Positions 56,632 through 64,000 of a stretch of DNA of 64,000 nt are shown here, one piece after another. Origin of the DNA: Isoptericola halotolerans (GTDB taxonomy: Bacteria > Actinomycetota > Actinomycetes > Actinomycetales > Cellulomonadaceae); the NCBI RefSeq assembly GCF_013149785.1, contig NZ_JABEZU010000001.1, positions 558,001 to 622,000 of the forward strand, read 5' to 3'. The translations under genes and the position numbers were made by a program. Within the stretch, counting starts at the first letter, position 1; the number at the start of each line of letters is the position of its first letter. A model generated the notes under the pieces. It did not search any database. It worked only from the letters and a program-made list of their open reading frames with translations, and was not told the origin of the DNA.

Positions 56632-58199
56632 CGCTCGCCCCCGTCCTGCTCGCCGTGCTCGTGCTCGGCCATCCACTGCCGGAACGTCTCGTCGGGCGGT
56701 GCCGGCAGGTCCCGGTCCCGCGTCCAGGCCGACGCCGGTGGTGGGGCCTTCGAGATGACGCCGTCGCGCCCGCCCAGACCGTGCCCGAGCGTGGCCGCGC
56801 GGCCGGCGAGACCGAACCGGCCGCCGTCGGACATGACCCAGGACGCCGCCTTCATGGCGGCCCGCCACGGGTCGACCTTGTGCTTGCCGCGGTCGGCGTC
56901 GACCTCGCGGGCGCGCAGGTCCACCAGGATGGACGGGATGTCGATCTTCACGGGGCACACGTCGTAGCAGGCGCCGCACAGCGTCGAGGCGTAGGGGAGC
57001 GAGGCGTTGACGTCGTCGGCGCCGGAGACCCCTCCGGAGGCAGCGGTGAGCTGCGGGGTGAGGATCGCGCCGATGGGGCCGGGGTAGACCGACCCGTAGG
57101 CGTGGCCGCCGACCCGCTCGTACACCGGGCACACGTTGAGGCACGCCGAGCAGCGGATGCAGTGCAGCGCGCTGCGGCCGACCTCGTCGGCGAGGACGTC
57201 GGTGCGCCCGTTGTCGAGCAGCACGAGGTGGAACTCCTGCGGGCCGTCCCCAGGGGTGACGCCCGTCCACAGCGAGGTGTACGGGTTCATGCGCTCGCCG
57301 GTGGAGGATCGCGGCAGGAGCTGCAGGAACACCTCGAGGTCGGTGTAGGTGGGGATGAGCTTCTCGATGCCCATCACCGTCACGAGGGTCTCGGGGAGGG
57401 TCAGGCACATGCGGCCGTTGCCCTCGGACTCCACCACGGCCAGGGTCCCGGTGTCTGCGACCCCGAAGTTCGCGCCGGACACCGCGACCTTCGCCGAGAG
57501 GAACTTGCGCCGCAGGTGTGCGCGGGCGGCCATGGCGAGCTCGCGGGGGACGTCGGACAGGTCCGGCGGGGCGTCACCCATCCGCGCGAGGAAGATGTCC
57601 CGGATCTCGGCGCGGTTGCGGTGGATGGCGGGCACGAGGATGTGCGAGGGCATGTCGTCGGCGAGCTGGACGATCAGCTCGGCCAGGTCGGTCTCGATCG
57701 CGGCGATGCCCTCGTCGGCCAGGTGCTCGTTGAGGCCGATCTCCTGGGTGGCCATCGACTTGACCTTGACGACCTCGTCGGCGCCCTTGGCCTGCGCGAT
57801 CTCGGTGACGATGCGATTGGCCTCGGCGGCGTCCCGGGCCCAGTGCACGACGCCGCCGCGCGCGGTGACGTTCTCCTCGAGCTGAGCCAGGAGGTCCGGC
57901 AGCTGCGCCATGACCTGCTCCTTGACCGCCGATCCGGTGTCGCGCAGCGCCTCCCAGTCCGGCACCTCGTCGACGACGGCGGCCCGCTTGCCGCGGATGG
58001 TGCGGGTGGCGTGGCCCAGGTTCTTGCGGAGCTGTTCGTTCTTCAGGGTGTGCTTCGCCGCGGCCGGGAAGGACTCGCCCCAGCGCAACGGCTCGTCGGG
58101 GTGGGGGACGGCGCCCCAGGGCTCGGCGGCGCTCGCGGCCGTCGCGCCGTCGTCGGGCACGCGCCGCCGCAGGCCGGGGAGGCCGAGGAACGTGCTCAT
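56628..58199 (-). CDS. lutB: Lactate utilisation Fe-S protein B
   Basis: KVKSMATQEI, ETDLAELIVQL, PSHILVPAIH, CIRCSACLNVCPVY, STLCGACYDVCPVKI. Confidence 0.96.
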   Translation of the reverse strand: MSTFLGLPGLRRRVPDDGATAASAAEPWGAVPHPDEPLRWGESFPAAAKHTLKNEQLRKNLGHATRTIRGKRAAVVDEVPDWEALRDTGSAVKEQVMAQLPDLLAQLEENVTARGGVVHWARDAAEANRIVTEIAQAKGADEVVKVKSMATQEIGLNEHLADEGIAAIETDLAELIVQLADDMPSHILVPAIHRNRAEIRDIFLARMGDAPPDLSDVPRELAMAARAHLRRKFLSAKVAVSGANFGVADTGTLAVVESEGNGRMCLTLPETLVTVMGIEKLIPTYTDLEVFLQLLPRSSTGERMNPYTSLWTGVTPGDGPQEFHLVLLDNGRTDVLADEVGRSALHCIRCSACLNVCPVYERVGGHAYGSVYPGPIGAILTPQLTAASGGVSGADDVNASLPYASTLCGACYDVCPVKIDIPSILVDLRAREVDADRGKHKVDPWRAAMKAASWVMSDGGRFGLAGRAATLGHGLGGRDGVISKAPPPASAWTRDRDLPAPPDETFRQWMAEHEHGEQDGGER

Positions 58200-58987
58200 C
58201 GGGCCACCTCCGGCGTGCGGGTACGGGGCAGGGGTGTCGGCTCCTCGCGGGTCGAGGCGAGGATCTCCGCGAGATGCATGGTGCCGACCCCTGCCCGCTG
58301 CCGGGAGAGCCCGCCGCCGATGTGCATGAGGCAGGAGTAGTCGCCGGCGGTGACCACCTGTGCCTCGGTGGAGCGGACGTTCGCCGTCTTGTCCGCGAGC
58401 ATCGCGGCCGAGGTGTCCGCGTTCTTCAGGGCGAACGTCCCGCCGAACCCGCAGCAGGACTCGGCCTCCGGCAGCTCGACCAGGTCGATGTCCGTCACCG
58501 CGCGCAGCAGCTGCAGCGGCTTGTCGCCCACGCGCAGCATCCGCAGCGAGTGGCAGGTGGGGTGGTAGGTGACGCGGTGGGGGAACCAGGCGCCGACGTC
58601 GCGCAGGCCGAGCACGTCGACGAGCAGCTCGCTCAGCTCGTAGGTCTTCGCGGAGACGGCCTCGGCGGTGCTGGCGAGGTCGTCGAGTCCGGCGCGGCGG
58701 CACACCATGGCCTGCTGGTGGCGGATCGACCCGGTGCACGAGCCGGAGGGGACGACGACGGCGTCCCACTCGCCGTCGGCCGCGGGGGCGAACGTCTCGA
58801 CGTGGTTGCGGATGACGGGCACGGCCTCGTCGAGGTAGCCGGTGTTGACGTGCATCTGCCCGCAGCACGCCTGGCCGCGGGGGAAGACGACGTCGTGGCC
58901 GAGCCGTTCGAGCAGGCGGACGGTGGCGCGCGGCGCGCCGGGGAACAGGGTGTCCGCGATGCAGGTCGCGGCGAGGGCGATGCGCAA
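58196..58987 (-). CDS. lutA: Lactate utilisation Fe-S protein A (CCG domains)
   Basis: TTG start with AAGGAG RBS; TCIAD, QACCGQ, PSGSC, YHPTCHSLR, CCGFGGTF, SCLMHIGG. Confidence 0.94.
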   Translation of the reverse strand: MRIALAATCIADTLFPGAPRATVRLLERLGHDVVFPRGQACCGQMHVNTGYLDEAVPVIRNHVETFAPAADGEWDAVVVPSGSCTGSIRHQQAMVCRRAGLDDLASTAEAVSAKTYELSELLVDVLGLRDVGAWFPHRVTYHPTCHSLRMLRVGDKPLQLLRAVTDIDLVELPEAESCCGFGGTFALKNADTSAAMLADKTANVRSTEAQVVTAGDYSCLMHIGGGLSRQRAGVGTMHLAEILASTREEPTPLPRTRTPEVAR

Positions 58988-59028
58988 CGTCCGGCTCCTT
59001 CGGCGGGGTGGCAGGGCTGATCCGTGCT

Positions 59029-59073
59029 GTGGTCCGACCACTGTAGCCCACTCGCCGGCTGTGGTCAGACCAC
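59029..59073. promoter_or_regulatory. Two LldR/FadR operators
   Basis: GTGGTCCGACCAC (59029-41) and GTGGTCAGACCAC (59061-73), FadR-type TGGTCnGACCA, 32 bp apart. Confidence 0.85.
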
Positions 59074-59088
59074 GGCTAGGATCGTGGC

Positions 59089-59838
59089 GTGCGCACCCAC
59101 GAGAAGGTCCTGGCCCGCATCGAGTCCGAGCTCGCCGCGGGCCGTTGGGCGCTCGGCGAGCGTCTCCCGGCCGAGCGGGCGCTCGCCGAGGAGCTGGGCG
59201 TCTCCCGGCCGTCCGTGCGCGAGGCCCTGCGCATCCTGGAGGCGATGGGGATCATCCGCACCGCCGTGGGCTCGGGGCCCGACGCCGGCGCCACCGTCAT
59301 CGACCGGCCCGCCGCAGGCCTCGGCGCCGCGGTCCGGCTGCACGTGGCCTCCGGGACCCTGCCCGTGCACGACGTCGTGAGCACGCGCGTCGCGCTCGAG
59401 ACCTGGGCCGTGCGGCAGGCGGCGCTCGCGGCCGGTGCCGACGATGCAGCGCCCGACGCCGACGACGGGACGGAGGCCCACCGGCTCGTGCGGGCGATGG
59501 CGGTGCCCGGCCTCGCCGTGGAGGAGTTCGTGCGGCTGGACCAGGACTTCCACCTGGCCATCGCGCGCCGGGCGGGCAACCAGCTCGTCGAGGCGATCCT
59601 CACCGGCCTGCGCAGCGCCGTGCGCGACTACGTGGCCCGGGGGATGGCGGGGCTGCCCTCGTGGCCGGACACCGCGCGACGGCTGTGCGCCGAGCACGAG
59701 GAGATCCTCGACGCCGTGACCGCCGGGGACGCGGACCGCGCCGAGCGGGCCGTGCGCGACCACATCGTCGGCTTCTCCCGCGAGGCCGGGCTCGCCGGGG
59801 CCGGGACGACGGGCCATCCGGAAGGAGGGAACCGATGA
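59089..59838 (+). CDS. lldR: FadR/GntR family regulator (lactate regulator)
   Basis: GERLPAERALAEELGVSRPSVREALRILEAMG HTH; FCD motifs DQDFH..GN and EHEEIL. Leaderless TAGGAT-N6-GTG. Confidence 0.85.
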   Translation: MRTHEKVLARIESELAAGRWALGERLPAERALAEELGVSRPSVREALRILEAMGIIRTAVGSGPDAGATVIDRPAAGLGAAVRLHVASGTLPVHDVVSTRVALETWAVRQAALAAGADDAAPDADDGTEAHRLVRAMAVPGLAVEEFVRLDQDFHLAIARRAGNQLVEAILTGLRSAVRDYVARGMAGLPSWPDTARRLCAEHEEILDAVTAGDADRAERAVRDHIVGFSREAGLAGAGTTGHPEGGNR

Positions 59839-60065
59839 GTGCCGAAGCTGTTCCTCTTCGGCTCGACCATGACCGAGAGGTGGACGCTGCCTACATCAAC
59901 CTCACCGGGCGGGATCTGGTCGACGGAGAGGCCATCACCCAGATCCAGGTCGAGGACCCCCGGCTGCACGGCACGATCGTCATCGACCTCGACGGGGACG
60001 AGCGGGTGCTGGGCATCGAGCTCGTCGGGTTCGAGGAGATGAAGGCCGGGATCGTCCCCCGATGA
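59835..60065 (+). CDS. DUF2283-like small protein
   Basis: DREVDAAYINL...IVIDLDGDERVLGIEL. AAGGAGG RBS and ATGA overlap. Confidence 0.8.
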   Translation: MSAEAVPLRLDHDREVDAAYINLTGRDLVDGEAITQIQVEDPRLHGTIVIDLDGDERVLGIELVGFEEMKAGIVPR

Positions 60066-60334
60066 CCTCCGGTGACGACATCGCAGCGGACCTTCGCCAG
60101 TTCGCCGAGCTGGCGCGCTCGTCGCGGGCATGGAGCGTGGATGTCGACGAGCCGACATCCGCGTGGCGCACCGTGAGGGTGACGGTGTCCCGCGGCGATG
60201 GATTCGTGACCCTCTTCGAGGACAACGAGCAGGTCTGCTGGATGTCGAGCGCGGTGCCGCACTCGACGCCGGCTCGGAGCAGGGAGCCCGGAGAGCTGAT
60301 CGGTCTCGTCGAGGAGCTCTGGGACGGGGCCTGA
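60062..60334 (+). CDS. Hypothetical protein (90 aa)
   Basis: ATGA overlap with the DUF2283 gene; fills the gap exactly. Confidence 0.55.
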   Translation: MTSGDDIAADLRQFAELARSSRAWSVDVDEPTSAWRTVRVTVSRGDGFVTLFEDNEQVCWMSSAVPHSTPARSREPGELIGLVEELWDGA

Positions 60335-60344
60335 GGAGTGCGCG

Positions 60345-61085
60345 TCAGCGCACCCCGAGGACGCAGAAGTCGTTGCCCTCCGGGTCCGCGAGGCAGACCC
60401 AGGGGACGTCGTCGCCCTGGCCGACGTCCGCGTCGGTGGCACCCAGCGAGCGCAGCCGTGCCAGCTCGGCCGCCGGGTCACCGTCGCGGTGCGACAGCAC
60501 GTCGAGGTGCACCCGGTGGTGCACCGTTCCCGGGTCGGGGTGCCGGACGAGCTCGAGGTACGGGCCGACGCCCTGCGGCGCCCGGAGCCGCACGAGGTCG
60601 TCGGAGGCCTCGTGCCGGGTCCAGCCGGTGACCTCGCGCCAGAACGCCCCCAGTGCGCGCGGGTCCGTGCAGTGGACGACGACGGCGGCGATCGGCCCGG
60701 TGTCCCGGTAGACGTCCCGGGGCTCCAGCACGCAGAAGACGTTGCCCTCCGGGTCGGCGAGCACCGTCCAGGGGACGTCTCCCTGGCCGATGTCCGCCGG
60801 TGTCGCGCCGAGCCCGACCAGGCGGGCGACCAGCTCTGTGTGGTGCTCGGCCGAGGAGGTCGCGAGGTCGAGGTGCGCGCGGTAGCGGACCGACTCGGGG
60901 TCCGGGACGGCGACGACGTCCACGCAGAGCGCGGTGGGGTCCGGCCAGTCGAAACCGGGCGGCTCGACGTTCGCCACTCCCGGTGCCTCGCTGGACAGGT
61001 CCCAACCCAGGGCATCGGCCCAGAACCGGCCGATCGCCGTCTCGTCGCGGGCCTTGATGTTCACCTGGACCAGCTGCAGCACCAT
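60345..61085 (-). CDS. VOC/glyoxalase family protein (two Glyoxalase_6 domains)
   Basis: RFWADALGW, HLDL, LGAT..DIGQ..WTVLADPEGNVFCVL; the pattern occurs twice. Confidence 0.92.
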   Translation of the reverse strand: MVLQLVQVNIKARDETAIGRFWADALGWDLSSEAPGVANVEPPGFDWPDPTALCVDVVAVPDPESVRYRAHLDLATSSAEHHTELVARLVGLGATPADIGQGDVPWTVLADPEGNVFCVLEPRDVYRDTGPIAAVVVHCTDPRALGAFWREVTGWTRHEASDDLVRLRAPQGVGPYLELVRHPDPGTVHHRVHLDVLSHRDGDPAAELARLRSLGATDADVGQGDDVPWVCLADPEGNDFCVLGVR

Positions 61086-61101
61086 CGTGCGCCAGCGCCG
61101 G

Positions 61102-62322
61102 TCAGATGGCGCCCGAGCCGGCCCGGCCGGCGGACTCGGCGAAGGAGCCGGCCAGGGGAAGGTCCGGGACGAGGAGGGCCTGGACCGCGTGGTAGATGTC
61201 CGGCTTGCCGGCCCACACCTCACCGGCCGGCTGGTCCGCGGCGTCGAGCTCGTGGTGCCAGGAGCCGCGCTCGGGGTCGACGAACCGGTCGCGGACCAGC
61301 TCCCACCAGGCGGCTGCCTGCTCCGCGTAGCGAGCGGAGCCGGTGACTCGGGCGAGGACCTCGGCCGCGGCGACGGCCTCGGCCGCCACCCAGTGGAAGC
61401 GTCGGCGTTCCACGGGTTCGCCGGACCAGTCGACCGTGTACACGAACCCGGTGCCGTCGAACCCGTCGGACAGCGCACGGTCGAACAGGTTGACGGCCGC
61501 CTCGGTGCGGCGGCCCACCTGCTCGGACGCGACGTCGAGCTGGAGCAGCAGGCGGGCCCACTCGAAGCCGTGCCCGGGGGTGGAGCCGTAGGGCTTGAAC
61601 TGGTCGTGCGGGCGGTCGGCGTTGAACTCGAGGTCCGGTGCCCACTCGGCCGTGAAGTGCTCGGGGATGCGCCAGCCGTTGTCCTGCGCCCAGGCCGCCG
61701 TCCGGTCGACGACGCGGGCGGCCCGGTCCCGCCACCGGGCGTCGCCGGTGGCGTCGGAGGCCGCGAGCAGGGCCTCGACGCCGTGCATGTTCGCGTTGAT
61801 GCCCCGGTAGGTCGAGAGCTCGAGCCAGGGGCGGTCCCACTCGTCGGCGAGCAGGTCGGACTCGGTCTCCCAGAACCGCTCGTCGAGCACGTCGAGCGCC
61901 TCGCCGAGCAGGGCCTCGGCACCCGGTCGTCCCGCCTGGGACGCCGAGGAGGCGGCCAGCACCACGAACGCGTGGGCGTAGGCGGCCTTGGTGCCGTCGA
62001 CGGCGTCGCCCGGGCCGGACGACGCGAACCAGCCGCCGTGCTCGTGGTCGTGCAGCGTGCCGGTCAGCCCGGCGAGCGCCCGGTCGACCCGCTCGCCGCA
62101 GTGCGGCACGCCGAGCAGGTGACCGAGGGCGTAGGTGTGCGCCATGCGCGAGGTGATCCAGGTGTGGACGGGCTGACCCGTGTCCGGGCGACCGTCGTCG
62201 TCGAGCCACGTGGCGCCGTCTGATCCCTCGACCGACGGCGCGCCGAACTCCAGGAGCTCTCGGACCTGCTCGGCACGCCAGGCGGCGTCGGGCTGGCGGG
62301 GGGTGCTGGCCTCGTGAGGCAT
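61102..62322 (-). CDS. AGE family epimerase/isomerase (mannose isomerase/YihS-like)
   Basis: WITSRMAH, AYAHAFVVLA, YRGINANMHGVEA, PYGSTPGHGFEWARL, GSWHHEL, GKPDIYHAVQA. Confidence 0.92.
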   Translation of the reverse strand: MPHEASTPRQPDAAWRAEQVRELLEFGAPSVEGSDGATWLDDDGRPDTGQPVHTWITSRMAHTYALGHLLGVPHCGERVDRALAGLTGTLHDHEHGGWFASSGPGDAVDGTKAAYAHAFVVLAASSASQAGRPGAEALLGEALDVLDERFWETESDLLADEWDRPWLELSTYRGINANMHGVEALLAASDATGDARWRDRAARVVDRTAAWAQDNGWRIPEHFTAEWAPDLEFNADRPHDQFKPYGSTPGHGFEWARLLLQLDVASEQVGRRTEAAVNLFDRALSDGFDGTGFVYTVDWSGEPVERRRFHWVAAEAVAAAEVLARVTGSARYAEQAAAWWELVRDRFVDPERGSWHHELDAADQPAGEVWAGKPDIYHAVQALLVPDLPLAGSFAESAGRAGSGAI

Positions 62323-62630
62323 CGGGGTCCTCTCCGGCGGGGCCGGTCGTCCCGGTGCCTCCGCTGTGGTGGTCCTGCTCCCTGACGGCGGTGCCAGGTG
62401 CGCGGGGCCAATCTCTCATGCGGGCTGCCCGGCCTCAACCGTCGCCGGCGGGATCGACCGCGACGCGGTGCGCCGGGTGCTGACCTGGTGTGGACAACGC
62501 CGTGACGAGCGGGCATGATGACGACGACGCGCGGATTGAATCCATTCATTAAATCCGTTGAACCAACCTCACCGACGAGGGCGCGTCACCGGCCGAGGCC
62601 GGACTCAACGACGAGACGACGAGGTGAACC

Positions 62631-64000
62631 GTGCAGCAGCCCGACAGGCTCTCACGTGCCGAGCGTGAAAGCGCTTACCGGCACCGTTCGACCACACCAC
62701 CCCCGAGCCGCCGCCCAGCCCGAGGCCTGGTGGCCGGCGCTGCCGCCGCGGCCCTCGTGCTGCCGCTCCTGCCCGCCACGGCGGTCGCGGCCGACGACGA
62801 CGCCGTCTGGCTCTTCGACTTCGGCACCCCCGACAGCCCCGTCGCCGAGGGGTACGAGCGCGTGGACCCCACCACCGCCTACGACGAGGACGCAGGCTTC
62901 GGCATCACCTCCGGTGACGTCGCCGCCCGCGACCGGTCGACGGACGTCGACCCGCTGACCGGCGACTTCGTGCTCGGTGCCGAGTGGGAGTTCGCCGTCG
63001 ACGTGCCGGACGGGACCTACGACGTCGAGGTGTGGGTCGGGGACACCCTCGCCGGCACCTCCAGCGTGCGCACCACCGTCGCCCCCGAGGGCGGGGCCGG
63101 CACCAACATCACCGCCGACGCCGAGCAGACGAGCAGCGGCACGCTGACGGCCGAGGTCTCCGACGGGCAGCTCAACCTCGGCATCACCGGCAAGGGGTAC
63201 GGCTACGTCAACGGCCTGCGGATCACCCAGGTCGCCGACGACTCCGAGGAACCGGGCGACGGCGGCGCTGAGCCCGGCGAGGAGCCCGACGACGGCGACG
63301 GCGCGCCCGGCCCGGCGAACCTGCGCGTCGCGGCAGCGAGCGACGGCGAGGTCGTCCTGCGCTGGAACGAGGTCTCCGGCGCCACCGGGTACACGCTGAC
63401 CCGCAGCGACGCCGTCGACGGCGACTACACCGAGATCGCCGCCACCGGCGCCCGCGAGGTCTTCTTCGCCGACACCGACGTCGACACCTCGGCGGTGAGC
63501 TACTACCGCGTGCACGCGGTCACCGGCGACGGCACCACGGCGGCCTCCGCGCCCGCGGTCGGCACCCTGTCGAGCGAGCCGAACTTCCCCGAGGGCGGCA
63601 CGCTGCACATCGACCTGGGCTCCGGCGCGGTCGACGGTGACGCCGTCGTCGTCGACGCCGACACCGCCTACGACGCCGAGAACCGTCTCGGGTTCGTCGA
63701 CATCTCCGTGGTGACGGCCACCGACCGCGGCGGGGACGACGCGCTGCGCGGCGACTTCGTGACCGCCGACGGCGCCGAGCTCGTCATCGACCTGCCGAAC
63801 GGTGACTACACGGTCGCCGTCGTCGCCGGCGATGCCGAGGCGGCCACCGACGTCGCGATCACCGCCGAGCAGATGGCCAAGGTGCAGCCCACCGAGAAGC
63901 CCGCGGGCGAGTTCCTGGAGATGGAGTTCGACCTCGCGCTCGTGGACGGCCAGCTCAACCTGCAGCTCGCCGGCAGCGCCGCGAACCTCAACGGTCTGAC
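62631..64000 (+). CDS. Secreted modular carbohydrate-active protein (signal peptide, beta-sandwich, FN3, beta-sandwich), 3'-truncated; absent from the ORF track
   Basis: GAGGTG RBS before GTG. Signal ..LVLPLLPATAVA|ADDD; WLFDFG..EGY..T.Y..GFG repeated as HIDLG..TAY..LGF; FN3 PANLRV..LRWNEVSGATGY..YYRV. No stop before the edge. Confidence 0.85.
   Translation, partial: MQQPDRLSRAERESAYRHRSTTPPPSRRPARGLVAGAAAAALVLPLLPATAVAADDDAVWLFDFGTPDSPVAEGYERVDPTTAYDEDAGFGITSGDVAARDRSTDVDPLTGDFVLGAEWEFAVDVPDGTYDVEVWVGDTLAGTSSVRTTVAPEGGAGTNITADAEQTSSGTLTAEVSDGQLNLGITGKGYGYVNGLRITQVADDSEEPGDGGAEPGEEPDDGDGAPGPANLRVAAASDGEVVLRWNEVSGATGYTLTRSDAVDGDYTEIAATGAREVFFADTDVDTSAVSYYRVHAVTGDGTTAASAPAVGTLSSEPNFPEGGTLHIDLGSGAVDGDAVVVDADTAYDAENRLGFVDISVVTATDRGGDDALRGDFVTADGAELVIDLPNGDYTVAVVAGDAEAATDVAITAEQMAKVQPTEKPAGEFLEMEFDLALVDGQLNLQLAGSAANLNGL

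Overview
High-GC actinobacterial chromosome segment (Micrococcales-like; inferred from ClpC1, the RhaI/RhaEW-type rhamnose pathway and many leaderless genes). I found no rRNA, tRNA, CRISPR array, transposase or phage gene. The first ~9 kb is mixed: GH43 end, LacY-family MFS, universal stress protein, clpC with a ClgR box, a HAD hydrolase and an epimerase. Most of the rest (~8.9-64 kb) is a plant cell-wall catabolism supercluster: (1) IclR-eda-kdgK; (2) LacI + ABC importer + GH39 + GH42 + GH67 + uxaC + uxuB-like, for glucuronoxylan/uronates; (3) a second ABC importer + PL11 rhamnogalacturonan lyase + Gfo oxidoreductase + PmoA-like + cupin; (4) GH42 + LacI + rhaM-rhaI-esterase-rhaD(EW)-rhaB; (5) Gfo-DUF993-TIM-barrel isomerase + LacI; (6) lutABC + LldR; (7) an AGE-family epimerase and the start of a large secreted modular enzyme that runs off the window. 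The most striking unexplained signal is a set of ~60-72 nt palindromic elements. One family has an intergenic copy (41586-41655) and a second copy inserted in-frame inside the GH67 gene (24331-24400), 55/70 identical with compensatory stem changes. A different palindrome sits in-frame inside the uxuB-like gene. Other points: two uncharacterised oxidoreductase modules occur where a GH105 would be expected, the cupin looks internally deleted, and several LacI operator families can be read directly from the DNA. All family assignments come from motif recognition by eye; no database searches were run.
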